A stretch of DNA of 64,000 bases from Epiperipatus broadwayi (lineage: Eukaryota; Animalia; Onychophora). The stretch is taken from the NCBI GenBank assembly GCA_028023455.1, contig JAQFVV010000003.1, forward strand, positions 19,654,001 through 19,718,000, read 5' to 3'. A program made the translations under genes and the position numbers. The notes beneath the pieces are model-generated. The model did not search any database. It had not been told where the DNA came from and saw only the letters and a list, made by a program, of their open reading frames with translations. This document shows, piece after piece, positions 1-12,666 of the stretch (the stretch's first letter is position 1; each line of letters starts with the position of its first letter).

Positions 1-329
1 TCAATTTCTATTTCATATGAAGCAATATTTAATAAATCCGTACACACAATATAACTTTCTTCATCATTAAGAGGTTACATTAGAAGTAGTAATTCACTCT
101 AATTATTTTATTGTAGAGCTACCTGTTGTAAGCTTGAGCAATGAATGGTTGCCAGATGATAGTGTTGTAACAAAACCTACTACAAGTTGCCTATTGATTG
201 TTCAAACTTACAATAAATGATTATGGAGTAACTCTAGTGAATTATTGCTCCTAATACAAACGTTGAAAGTAAGCAGATAGTCATGTGATATTTTATTTTA
301 GTGTACCAAAAGTCTGTTTAGCAATTTTA

Positions 330-640
330 ATTCTCACTTTATTGTCAAACATTAATAACTCACTATGAATTTCTTAAAACTTTTCTACAAATGTCAATGC
401 AATTTTTTCATAATAATGCACCAAATCTTTAGACACCACCATCCATCTCAAATCATTTTCTAATGATCCTTACTACACGCTGACATACAATCAGAAATTG
501 ACCTGGTTCAACAATTTTTTCTTTCCTATGTAACTAGTATATCTTAATTTACATTCTTTCTTTAATCTCTTTTCCATATATTTTTATATTCCCTGCAGTA
601 TTTATTTCATTTTTGAATTCAAATTCCAATTTGTAAAAGA
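330..640 (-). mobile_element. Possible Merlin/ISXO2-like transposase relic
   Basis: Manual minus-strand translation across frameshifts gives IVEPG..ISDC.SA, resembling the V.PGT.I.SD.W.AY motif, followed by an FV..H segment; heavily decayed. Confidence 0.3.
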
Positions 641-1030
641 GAATATTTTCGTAAAATGTAATTCACAAAATTATGTTGTTTGCAATAGAAAATCATTTTA
701 AGTTTCCTCACTTTATGAAAAAACATTAAAAATTTAAAAAGGAAATTTTTTTTTTTTTAAGAATATTTTTTAATTTAATATGTATTAAAAATAAATTGAA
801 AGATTTATCAATAAATGGGAGTTCATAACAAGTTCAAGCACCAGAGGTGGCTGTTGGAAGTATCATCCATAGACTTAGAACTGAGTCTGCCATTGTATAC
901 CACCACAATAACCATGCAGGGCAAAATAAAATAGTTCTTTACTTAAAAATTCATAAAAAATCTGAGCTATTTAAAAGAAAATTAATCAACCAAAAATTTA
1001 CTAATGACAAGCAGAAACACCTATTGTCAA

Positions 1031-1122
1031 TAGTCTGGGGATCTTGGATGAGTAGGCACTATATAGAGATTTTATGCACAAACTTTCTTGCATCTATTGA
1101 TTACTCTATGGAGAGTTTTGCC
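1031..1122 (+). repeat. Truncated family A fragment, starting at the HHR cleavage region
   Basis: tagtctggggatcttggatgagtaggcac...ttttatgcaca...attgattactct|atggagagttttgcc matches 13032-13150, with an internal deletion. Confidence 0.8.
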
Positions 1123-1631
1123 AGTTTCAATATCTTTCTTATTACTTTTTCCTGTTTTTGTAATTAAAAATTGATTTGAAATAATGTATTTCAAAAAATA
1201 TCTTTATTATGGAACATAAGTTTTCTTGAAATTTGATTTAATCATACAATTTTTCTGTTAATTTTTTTTTCCATTAAATATATTTCTATGACTTGACTGC
1301 TGAATCTCATTTTGATAATTTATTTCTGTTTATTATTCTTTTTTCTTTTTTTTTTATAAACTTGATATTTTATTTTTCAGATTAATTTCATTTTTTAAAT
1401 TTATTCTCCTAACGAAATTTGTAAAAAAATATCAAGATTTTAAACAGAGTTAAAAAAAAAAATACAAGTGAAAGGAAAACATTTTTTTAAAAAAAGATTA
1501 ATTAATGCCTGGAGTATATTAAAAAATAAGTTAAGAAGTTATTCAACATTCTACTTCTGATTTTCAGATTTATGATTGAAATTTATATATATATGCATAA
1601 TAATAATAATAAAAAGAGCAATATATGTATA

Positions 1632-1702
1632 TGTCAGCTTGGGAAGCGAACCTGGGCCAGCTGCTTGAAAGGCAGTTATGCTAACAGTTAGGCCACCAAT
1701 GC
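1632..1702 (-). pseudogene. tRNA-Gly(TCC)-derived pseudogene or SINE head
   Basis: Reverse complement gcattggtggcctaactgttagcataactgcctttcaagcagctggcccaggttcgcttcccaagctgaca aligns with animal tRNA-Gly(TCC); acceptor stem broken; anticodon loop ctttcaa instead of cttccaa. Confidence 0.75.
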
Positions 1703-3386
1703 TTAACAGAGCAATATATTTTGACTGCTAAAACTTCAAATTAAAAAAATGAACTAAATTGGTAATTTAAGGCTTATAAAACGACCAAAATGTCCTGTGT
1801 TCCTTGTGCATTTTGTTTATGAGTGAATTTTAATCACTTTCTATTAACTCATTGTTAAATTAATATAAAAGATGTTATATGACAACCAAATTCTGAATTC
1901 ACAAGTGAGAATTTAATTATTTTATAAGACCTTTATTTTAGTTAACTTATAAGATAATATAGGATATTTATGCTCTAGCTCAAAATAAATTTAACATACA
2001 TAGGCACAATATAAAGAGTATTGTCTTTCAAAGCAAAAAAAAAATCTGTTGTATCTTTTATAAATTTTTAGAGATTAAATTTGGATCCCATTATTCAAAT
2101 ACGTTTATTTTTTATAATATAAAAAAAATATTGAATTAAAAAAATAGCAAAGCCCAGCTAAGGTGATGGTTTTCAATTCTTTTTTTATTTCTGAAAGATC
2201 ACAACATTAACACTATTTTTTATTTTATTTTACAAGTTATGCAAAAATGGCATATATATATATAAAGTACAATTTAAAAATAGTTAAAGTTTCTACCATT
2301 TACATTATGAAGAAATTGTACCACAGAGAAATACTTTTAGGTCAAGATTTGTCAACAGAAACTCAATAATTGGAGAAATTGTCAAAAAAGAATTTTCTAA
2401 AGAGACTCTAGATCAAAGAAATGTTAGATTTTTCAATATTTTTAATGGAGTACCTCAAGAGTATATGTCTGTTAAAAATGTCTGTTAAAAACCATTCAAC
2501 TTGTAATCAATAATTCATCAATTTTAAATCAATCTGCTTTCAACATTATTGCAAAATTACAAATAAAGAAGTCAGAAAATTTTACAATTTACTTTGTTTT
2601 ATTAGATATATTTAAATATATATGTGTTTTTTGTAAATAACACAATAAATATTTTTTTAGTAAGTAATTTGTGTTTTGGGCCTGGCCTTGCAATTTTGTG
2701 CAGTGGTGTTACAACAGATTAGAGAATTGAAGATTCCTGAAGGTCCATGTCATTGTAGTACTCAGATGCAGCATTTGTTTAATGGCTGCTATGAATTTCA
2801 ATTGGATGATAATTTCTAGTTGTTAAAAAAAATTATACTTATTTATTCAAATTTTTGACACCAACCGATATTTTCAAAAACTGCAGTTTCATACAAGGTC
2901 TTGTTGATAGTGAGTCAGATAAATGTATATTTAAAGTGCCAGACTGAAAAACGATAATATGCATCAGATTTATAATTATGGCATCCCTTTCAGTAAATAA
3001 TCTCATAAATTAAAAAAAATTCAAATTTCTAAAAGGCAATTCATAGATATCAGTTATTTTTTCATTTTCTGAAGCACATCTGATGGGAAAATTGTTGGAC
3101 TTGACCAGCTTACATATTAAATATTTAAATAATGCTTCTCTTTTTCTTTTACAAAAAAGCACATTTTTCAATTTGAGATTTTAAATACTGCTCGTAACTT
3201 CAAAAAACAAACAAAAAGGAATTGAAAACAATATTAAAAGCATAATCATAATATTTCTGTAATATAATTTTCACTACACCACTCTCACAGAAGGTAGGGA
3301 ATGGTTTTTATCCACTTTTAACATTCTTGTAGAAGAATGTAATCATAAACATATGACCAAAGACATGTGAAAAAGATCTATGATCA

Positions 3387-3429
3387 CCAAGATGCACATT
3401 TCATGTTTGAAGAAGAACTCATCAGTTGG
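3387..3429 (-). ncRNA. Type I hammerhead-like motif (family B copy A; core intact, stem II decayed)
   Basis: ccaa CTGATGA gttcttcttcaaacat GAAA tgtgca TC ttgg; stem I ccaa/ttgg; AUC cleavage triplet. Confidence 0.55.
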
Positions 3430-3763
3430 CACATAGAACAATCTTTTACAACATATGTTAATCATTGTTCAGCATATATATATATATAGATAGATAGATA
3501 GATAGCAAATTAAATGATAAGTATCAAATGTGCTGCACTCACAACTTTTGACACAAATCACTTAATGAAAATATATTAATAATTTTTATTAGTTATCCAA
3601 TAGACTAGAGATTAACCAATAATGAATAATATTTCAGTAACGTAATTTTCATTACCACCCTCATGCAAGGTAGGAACTGGTTTATATCCACTTTTAACGT
3701 CTTGTGTAAGGATGTAATCATAAACATATGACCAAAGACAAGTGAAAAAAAGGTCTATGATCT

Positions 3764-3806
3764 CCAAGATGCACATTTAATGTTTGGACTAGTATTCATT
3801 ACTTGG
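3764..3806 (-). ncRNA. Decayed hammerhead-like motif (family B copy B)
   Basis: ccaa GTAATGA atactagtccaaacat TAAA tgtgca TC ttgg; core mutated. Confidence 0.4.
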
Positions 3807-3973
3807 CTCAGACCACAATCTCTTATAGACATCTTTATCATTGTTTAGTATATATATATAGATTTATTATTGAATAATCTCTAATCTAATGAATGACTAA
3901 TAAAAAATATTTGTATATTTTCATTAAATAATGTGTGTCAAAGTCACGTGGACAGCATGTTTGATAATCTAGA

Positions 3974-4015
3974 CCAACTGATGATTGCTGGTCTAGCATA
4001 AAATACGGATATTAG
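3974..4015 (+). ncRNA. Decayed hammerhead-like motif (family B copy D)
   Basis: ccaa CTGATGA ttgct ggtct agcat AAAA tacgga TA ttag; GAAA changed to AAAA. Confidence 0.4.
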
Positions 4016-4179
4016 TGATTATTTATCTTTTCGATATATATGTGTAAAGTGGTGGGTCATGTGAAAGTCTGTGCTCATATATCCTATATATCACATCAAT
4101 TAAACTGTAGTAATTTGCTATCTATATATAGTATATACTGAACAATGATAAAGATATATGTGAGAGATTGTGGTCTGGG

Positions 4180-4222
4180 CCAAGTGATGAATGCTGGTCC
4201 AAACATGAAATATGCATTTTGG
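4180..4222 (+). ncRNA. Decayed hammerhead-like motif (family B copy C)
   Basis: ccaa GTGATGA atg ctggtccaaa cat GAAA tatgca TT ttgg; C3 changed to G. Confidence 0.45.
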
Positions 4223-4729
4223 AGATCATAGATCTTTTTCACTTGTCTTTGGTCATATGTTTATGATTATATCCTTACACTAGGTGTTAAAACTTGATAT
4301 AAACCAGTCTCTACTTTGCGTGAGAGTGATGTAGTGAAAATTACATTATAAAAATATTATTCAGTATTGGACCTCTAATCTAATAAATAACTAATAAAAA
4401 TTATTATTAAAAGCATGATGAGAGAAGTAGGAATGATATGAGTGAGATATAACAAAATAATATCAATTAAAATATCAATGCCTGATAAATGATATAAACA
4501 TTTGAAAATTATTTTTACTATAAAGTATTTTGATTGCACTTGATAATAATCTTCAATATGTCAATGTATCTTTTTGTTCTAATAAAAATAAAGCATAATT
4601 AAAAGACATTACATCTGGCATATGCATATGTCACATACATCATCTGAACTTGATATCTGTACCATGAAAACTATCTTATTTTTTCAGATAGCTAGTCCTT
4701 AAGCAATTCAGCTAGTTATCGATTATCAA

Positions 4730-4809
4730 TCAGTAATTGATACATTGAAAAAACAAATCCACATCAAAAACATTATTTGCAAGTCTGATAACAACTTCTT
4801 CAGCTTCCT
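4730..4809 (-). CDS. Candidate terminal coding exon of an unidentified host gene (EAEEVVIRLANNVFDVDLFFQCINY*)
   Basis: Acceptor ttcacccttcccatag followed by a protein-like open frame to TGA; no homology recognised. Confidence 0.2.
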
Positions 4810-7800
4810 CTATGGGAAGGGTGAAATTGTTAACAAGATCGTTGCTTCACATGTGCATATTTAAAAGCTTTTTTATCTTTTATTTTTGAATGTCATTTAA
4901 ATATTGCCTCCGTTTTTTGAATTTAATATGCTCATAAAAAAAAATATGAACAAATTAAAATGCAAGAAAAATGATCATAAACAAATATACTATATTCTTA
5001 ACCAAGTTGTTTCACAAATGATCATAAATCATTCTTTACTAGATTAAAAATAATTACATTTCTTAACTCCTGACATACAGTAATTATATATATTAAGAGT
5101 TAAATTCTTATAATATTATCAGTTGAGAATATTTAAGCACTCTCTAATAATTCATTATTTAATTAATAAAACTCGCATGAGTTAACAAAGAGTGCTTTTA
5201 ATAGTAAGATATAAATATATAACTAGCTAATTGAAGTAAAATAATAATAAATAATTAAAAAATGAGCAAAACTCAACAATTGTCTACTAACTATCCTAGT
5301 AATTAGTATCCATTTCTTCAAAATTCCTATACACTTGCAAAGAGATTGGTGAAAAAACATATATAGTTACTAGGGAACTAGCTACAGTTATTACCTTAAT
5401 ACACAGTATGTACCATACTTTAGGCATTGTAGGATTATTGCATATTTTTACAAAACATGACATATGTAATGAAAAAAAAATCAACTAAATAATTCTACTC
5501 ATAGCAAATAAAAATAAAAAGATAAAGTTATAAAATTTTATAGATTGCGTTCAGATTGCGAGTCGATAATACAAAGTTGGTTAGTAGGTAAGCAAAGTTT
5601 AAGAAACAGAATCCACACATAATAAACCACGAAGTTGGTCTTCAAGATCAACTGATGATCTAGTAACTTACTATATCAAGAATCCCTTAAGTAATTATCC
5701 ACCAAATTAGAATGTCTGATGTTATCAAAGCAATTATCCTCGATATCGTGTTTGTTCCTAAGATTACACAGAACATTCAGGAATTAAACATTTCAAATAT
5801 TTTTTTTTACTTGTTCCTTTCCCTACGATTTTCATTTACAGGACACACATATATATAACTTAATATTAACTGAATGCAAATCAGAATTTCTTAGATTTTA
5901 CTACAATAATAAGCATACAATTACCAAAAACTATACTATTTCACATGATTTTAAGCAATTTTTTATTGATTTTTTTTTTTTAATATGAACAAAACATTGG
6001 GTGTGACAAAGTTAATTATTCAAATACTGCAAAATCACATAATGAATTAGATTTCAGTAAAAAATAAATAAATAGAAGTGTCTGAATCAGACACACATGT
6101 ATAAGAAGATAAATATAAGTGGGCATGTATAGTGATTTTTAGCTATAGGGTAAACAAAGCAAAAATATGTTTACCAAGTACTCAGCATCTATAGAAGCAT
6201 GACATTTTTATCAAAAGTGAAATTCACATGAAATCACAGCAGGATTTTTTGTTTTCACACTCAGTATCTTGACACTCATGTGAGAACCCAAATTAACTTG
6301 CAATTTTACTGCATGGCCAGTTGCATGGGCTAACAAACAGTACAAAAACACTTTTAACTGGAAACTGAATAACCTGGTAATGTTTTTCTAAAGAGAGATG
6401 CTAAAGAGATCTTTGCACTTTATAGCTGATTTTTAAGGTGAGCAAATATTAGATGCTAACAAGATTCATTTACTATACTTCTTGTAATTGTGAATATAAA
6501 GACAATGGCCCATCACACTGCAATGTGCTCCTTTAATTCCTGCTGATTAATACCAAAAAATAAATAAATATGAGCAAAATAATGCTCTCTATTGAGAAAA
6601 TTCAATAATCAGAGGGTAATTTAGGGATCTAGTAGTAGGAGTAATGTAAATTGCCATTATAAGAAGCAATAATTAGATAGCTATTTGCTATCCTATATCG
6701 GAGGCTTCCAGATTATTTATCTAAAAATAAAGTTGTAATTTAATGGGTCCTACCTGAAACTTTTCTATCCCCATTTTGGACTTGTGATTACAAGTTTCTG
6801 TTCTAATCTCCCCAAATTAAGACTTTGATATTATAGAATATATTTAATAAAAAAGTTTTTTTTTAGTATCAGTCAATATAAAAGGGAGTCTTAAAATGTA
6901 GTGGTGTTTCATCATCAAACCATATGCTTGTTTTATTTCATATATTTATAGTTGAATAAATGGTGGATAAATTGAATAAGTTCTGTAAAAAGTTTTTGTT
7001 TGCTTCTCTGATGATACTAAATTTATAATATACCTTATTAAAAGAAGACAAAGGTGGCTGTTTTGCATTGTTAAATAATAGTGATTTTAAAAATAAAGTT
7101 TCTTTAGAATTAAATAACAGGAACTATTCTATTTTAAATTCTGATCCTCATAAAAAAATAAAATCTAAGTTAATTGAAATTATGAAAATTATGGTAAATA
7201 CATTTTTTTAGATATATCTATTTATTTAAATTATTATCCAGTGATTTTTTTGGCTCCTAAGATTTTCTTTAATTTGAAATCTCATTAAGATAATTTTCCT
7301 TTTAAGGTTTATTTTTGATTTGGATTGTTAATACAATTTCAAAATTTCTTATATTTTTTAAGAATTATATAAATTTAGGTCAATTTTGGGTATCTTCTTT
7401 TTTTGAAGCATGTGATACAATTAATGGATTTGTTTTAGAAAATGTTCGTGTTTTTGATAGTTTAGATATTAAAACACATATGTATCAATCAGTTGGTAGA
7501 CAAAAAAAACATTAATGTGGTTCTTGATGTTTTAAAAGATTAAAAAGAGATGGGTTATTGGTTATATTATTCCTCCTTTAATATGCTCTGCCTATATTGA
7601 CTTTTTAGAGAAGTGTTATTAGTATTTTTTTTGTTTCTTTAAAATTATTTGTTAGATATGTTGATGATTGTTTGCTATACAGGAAGATAAATTGAAGGAT
7701 TTTTTTGATAGATTAAATGCTTTTGATTCTAATACTAAATTTAGTATTGAGGTGGGTATATTTGAATTTGTTAAGTTCAAATTTTTAGATTTAAGTGTTG

Positions 7801-8154
7801 ATAATGTTTTATTTTGTAGTCATTTCATTAAAGCAAAAAAAATAAGAAATATGATAAGACCAGACAATTATCAATATCAACCTTTTACTCATAAAAAACT
7901 TTCATTATTGAATTTTTGTTATAGGAACAGAAAGCTTATTAATTTTGAAAATAATAGTTATATTCAGAGGAGCCAATTTGCTTCTTATTATAATGAATTA
8001 GAACATAATCATGAATTTATTAGGAATATTATATTTAGTAAAAATACCTATAAATCTGAGAATAAATATTTAATTGTTAATGACAGTAAAGAGTTTATTT
8101 CTTTGCCATATAAGTCATCAATTAGTAAATTGATTTATAAGAATAATTTTTTTA

Positions 8155-8556
8155 TTGGATGGTATAGAAGTACCCTGGAAAAAAGAACTGAATTTAAATT
8201 CATTACTAAATAGTTTAAAACAGTCAACTGATTGCAAATCTATTCCTGGGGTAGTTTATAAGATTCCTTGCAGTTGTTATAAAATTTATATAGGTCACAG
8301 TATATTAGATCTTAATGAAAGAGTTAAAGTTTATAAGAATAGACTTAAAAATAGATATCATAACTCAGTTTTATTTATTCATGAACTGAATACAGGTTAT
8401 AAAATATTATTTAACAATGCAGAGGTTATCTTTTATGAAAAAAGTGAATTGAAAAAAAGAACAAAAGAAACTTTGATGATAAAATTTTTTGAATCTGAGG
8501 CCATCAATCTCATGAAGACATCATTTAATGTTAAAGGAAGTTGGAGTTTGAAATGA
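8155..8556 (+). pseudogene. PLE GIY-YIG endonuclease domain (frameshifted from the RT frame)
   Basis: VVYKIPC-x-C-YKIYIG motif with downstream H and KE..I. Confidence 0.85.
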
Positions 8557-8606
8557 ATGGTGGGAAAACTTCTATTTTGTATATAAATGTTGTATGTTTA
8601 GTTGAA

Positions 8607-8656
8607 TTTCACTTGGAAGGGTCTACTTGTTAATAGGTGAAACCATGATTGTGAAA
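8607..8656 (+). ncRNA. Decayed minimal HHR at the PLE-1 3' end
   Basis: tttcac ttggaag g gtcta cttgttaa taggt GAAA ccatga TT gtgaaa; perfect 6-bp stem I; near-palindromic ccatg(g) stem III; core degenerate. Confidence 0.45.
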
Positions 8657-9869
8657 GAATTTTAGTAAAATTTTATTTTTTGATTAGTATTTCTATTTTA
8701 TATTATATGCATTTCTATTTCATATGTATATTTGTAAATAACTATGATAAGACTATCACTTTGTGACTAGATGGTATTATATTGTCTTTAATTTATATAT
8801 ATGCTTATATAATTATCACTACAATATTAACTGAATGCAGAAAAAAATCAGGATGTCTTCAATTTTAATCTAAGCCAAGTACACCTTAGCCATCTATCTA
8901 CTTTTGGTAAACAGATGTAGTTTATTATTAGCTGAGGAGTAATAATATTAGGCTAATCCGGGCTGATAAGAATGGTTAATGTTGTGGATGGATAATGGTG
9001 GTGAGAGTTGTTCTACTATAGGTATTGAGACAGCTGTTACCTTTAGCAAAAGGAATATATATATATTATTATTACAATATGACTACATAAAAGTGAAATA
9101 TTTACACTTTTGTAGTGCTTAATTAACTATCATAAAGAAAGTAATTTATAAAATGTGGTTTGACATTTCATGACTGAATTAAAAGATGACATGTGATTTT
9201 TTTATCGTTGTTCAAACACGAAAAAATTCACGTCTAATTTCAGAACTGAAAGCAGAAGACGATTAATTATTTAAAAATAATATTAATAGAATATCGTAAT
9301 TCTTTTTAATTTATTATTTTAAAAATTAAAAATTAAACGAGGATTAAAATAAAAACATAGTAAGAAATATAAATCATTTGAAAGCATGTTAATATAAAAC
9401 CTCTTAATAATGTTTTTATTTTTTGAATTACTGCTCAAAAAATTCTAAAATGTGAATAATAAGCTACAGTCTGCATAAGTATGTATAAGAACATGAAATA
9501 TATAAAGCCGTATAATTTAGGATACAGCTGCAAATATTAAGGAGATGATAATCAATGAGAAATTACCAAGGAGGATGATCAAGCATTATTATTTGGTAAT
9601 AGTATAATTCCACAAAGTTAATCATTCTTTCATTCTAAAGGGAAGTAGCAAACTTACATATACATTGACTTGAACATTATTCAAGAATAATTTATATTGC
9701 ATTATTAACGTACACATCAGAAAATGTTAAAACATTATAACCGTATATATATCAATCTATAGATTTAAAGCAGAATCCACACAAACGTACATATATATAT
9801 ATATATTGTAATTTTTTATAGAACTCTTCCCCACATTTCATGATACGACTCCCCCACCCCCACCCCTTT

Positions 9870-11500
9870 TTTTTTAATAATAGTTGTATCTTTTCTTTTT
9901 TATTGCTGAAATAACTTTATAGCAAGATGTTCATGTATTTGAAAGTTATTTTTTATAATTTTCTTAGCCAATTCACGTTATATTTTCTAATATCATTACT
10001 AACTCTTTTTCTTACCATTTTAAAGAACTCTAGATATTCACTTCTTAATGGATCACTTTTAAATATTTTCATATTCCTCATTTTCTACATAATTTTGTTT
10101 CAGTTGAAAATCTACTGGTGAATTCCTGTTTTTCTTGTACCAACTATCTTTGCTGCACTTCTCAATAGAGTATCAATTAATTTTATTACTGACTTCCATA
10201 AAGTTTGAACCATCTTCAAAATCTGTTAATATTTTTAAATAATTTGCAAGTTCTAATTTAATTTCATAGGAGTATTTCTGAAGGTTATGAATATAAACTG
10301 ATAATACTATCTTTATTAAGAGTTTTCATCTTTAGTTTTGCATTAACATGTATTTTACATCCTACTCATCAGTGATCACTTCTTGTGTTAAATCTATTAA
10401 GAACATTACAATTTTGAAATGTATATTTTCTTTTAGTCAAAATATAATCCAATTCTACTATATCTTCATTTGCATGCTTCCATGTCCATTTCTATTTAGT
10501 ATTTTTTATAAAAAAAGAATTCATAAAAATATAATTTTTCTTTTTCCACAAATTCCACAAGTCCGTATACTCTCTCATTTCTGTGACCATAACCAAATTT
10601 ACTAACACCATTTTCAAATTTTTACTAATCCTAGCATTGAAGTCTGTTGTGTCAATTTTAAAATGTTTTGTCTGATTAAAAGCATACATGCATATAAAAA
10701 TTCTCTTCTTCATCACGAGAATTTTTTAGTGCATAAACTGAATTATTTGGTATCTACCATTAATTTGAATAACTAATCTTGTCATTCTGTTTTGTATACT
10801 AGCTATCTCCACAATATTGTTCTTCCATTTTTTATTTATAATGAATCCCGTTCTACTTTTGCTTCCAATGTTTGAGCCTTTGTAGTAAAATACATATCCA
10901 TTTCTTAAAGCAAATTTTTCATATTTTTTTCTAACTTCACAAAGTTTAACAATGTCCTATTTAATATTAGACAGTTCTTCCAATTAGTACAATATTCCTT
11001 TGCTTGAAAGTGATCTACTGTTATAGATAACTAAAAAAAAAAAAAAAAAAAAGAATATCATTAAATAGACATCTGAATATGCAATCAGAGGATCCTTAGC
11101 ACCATCCATCTTTGGTCACTAACTGCTGCCTTGACTGATGACTTTACAGCCTTCTGGGAATAAGTTATAATTTACTTTTGTCTATCATGATTGTAAATAT
11201 CTAATAAAAAAAAAATCAAACACATAGACTACTTTAAAATAAGGGAATTCAATTAAGAACTATTAAGCAACTGAAAAGACTTTGGTAATTTCTTGGTCTT
11301 AAACTTAAAAGGTAAAAAACCAATAAACTCATCTTGGAGAGCATCTCGTTATTCATGTTTTATATAATGTGAATAATCATCTAGTAATAACATTTGTAAT
11401 GACAAGAATTTACAAAATATCAGAAATTTGCCTTTTCTGTTTCTTTAAGGCTTGGAAAGGTATCCTTTAATTAACAGTAACCTTCTTTCTGCAACCATAC
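9870..11500 (-). mobile_element. RTE-clade LINE 5' part (5' UTR, APE endonuclease, linker), decayed
   Basis: Minus strand reads GYVFYYKG...RTGFIINK...IIQ-VYA; homologous to 51040-51250 and 52120-52760. Confidence 0.75.
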
Positions 11501-11589
11501 AGCATATAAAAAAAAAAAAAATTAAAAAAATGATAATTCTATAGAAAGTTAAAAACTTTAATTGTCTTGATCAGATTATTAATACAAAT

Positions 11590-12270
11590 GGAAAAATAAT
11601 CGAAGAAATTAATCAAAAAATTAAACTTGATGTTGATAGAAATAATATAAAAATATATATGCTTATATGTTGGGAGGGGCACACAATATTTTTAATAAAT
11701 GTGTAATGTATATGACGTAAGAAGGTTAGAAAGCAAAATATACAGATGAAAGAACAAATATCGCTGACATTATTGAAAAAATTTAGAGTTAAAATAGAGT
11801 TAATCAAGCCATATACTAGAAGAGATGACAATAAACACAGTTGAAGGAAAAACAATAGAAGAAATTAATCAAAAAATTAAACTTGATGTTGATAGAAATA
11901 ATATTAAAAAAATATACACACATATTGAGGGAGGGAAGAAACGTTTTTAATAAATGGGAAATATATGTGGAGAATAAAAAGGATAGAAAGCAAAATATAT
12001 AGATGAAAGAACAAATATCATTAACAATATTGAAAAAATTAAGAGTTAAAATAGAGCTAATCAGGACATATGCTAGAAGAGATGAAATAGATACAAATGA
12101 AGTCTTAAACTAGATTCTAAAAAAAAACCTTTTAAAAAAAACTTAGAAAGAGATCACAAGATGGAAGAGAGAGATGAGAAGGTCTGCTGAAATAATCTAA
12201 ATAATACAAAGTGAATAAAACTTGGACCATCTAGTAATAGATTGGTACTAATTGAAAATGATGATGATGC
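11590..12270 (+). mobile_element. RTE LINE 3' fragments as a 256-bp tandem pair
   Basis: Relic of W.WAGH.ARR.D.RWT..VL.W.P and GRP..RW motifs, (gat)n tail near 12260; units start at 11602 and 11858. Confidence 0.65.
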
Positions 12271-12623
12271 ATATGCGTTTTTAGCTAGAGAGTAGACCAA
12301 AACAATAAAAAAAAAAAAAAATCTAAACCCTCATTGAACATCAGTTAATTTGCTTAATGAGTAATATGTTCTTTATTAATTCTGCTGAGTTATAGAAATA
12401 GCCATTGTCATTTGAGCCACTTATAATTTTACAATTATTTATTATTATAGATAGCTAAACCACTAAACATCACATGATCACTATCTCATGCTAGCACATA
12501 ATTGTTATTAAACAAGGCAAAACTCTCTCCATACAGTAGTGCTATCCTGTGCCAATCAGAGTAATCAATGGATGCCAGAAGGCTTGTGCATAAAATCCCT
12601 ATCTAGTGCCTACTCATCCAATA

Positions 12624-12666
12624 TCCCCAGACTAGTTTCTGGCTTGTGGCCATCATCAGAGAGGAA
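12624..12666 (-). ncRNA. Minimal type I hammerhead ribozyme (family A)
   Basis: tcctct CTGATGA tggc cacaa gcca GAAA ctag TC tgggga; first stem I pair is U-U. Confidence 0.75.

Larger units (their letters stand above)
3240..4420. repeat. Family B array: ~376-bp monomers, two tandem on minus and two on plus, each with a decayed HHR-like motif
   Basis: atatgaccaaagac at 3351 and 3726 with an inverted copy near 4245-4260; 3865-3965 is the reverse complement of ~3520-3625; HHR-like motifs at 3387, 3764, 3974 and 4180. Confidence 0.8.
6990..8680 (+). mobile_element. Decayed Penelope-like retroelement, family PLE-1 (RT + GIY-YIG)
   Basis: KEDKGG near 7045; RYVDDC near 7655; FLDL and thumb region in ORF 7668-8213; GVVYKIPCSCYKIYIG...KE..I in ORF 8155-8556. 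Confidence 0.9.

Noticed and set aside
847-1167. 106-aa ORF as a gene
   Set aside because: Starts at GTG, runs through a family A repeat fragment, and shows no recognisable domain.
2420-2470. GVPQ RT motif as a LINE
   Set aside because: A single short motif with no other RT domains in order; insufficient support.
5540-5830. CpG-containing block with CTGATGA (5652) as a hammerhead or exon
   Set aside because: No GAAA/UH with matching stems. The minus frame SSVDLEDQLRGLLCVDSVS* is suggestive but has a poor acceptor and no recognised homology.
8870-9040. Minus-strand exon VTAVSIPIVEQLSPPLSIHNINHSYQPGLA*
   Set aside because: Plausible acceptor, but no supporting neighbouring exons or homology.
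9927-11855. Hydrophobic short ORFs (9927-10121, 10348-10605, 11613-11855) as membrane proteins
   Set aside because: They are antisense frames of A-rich RTE LINE relics.
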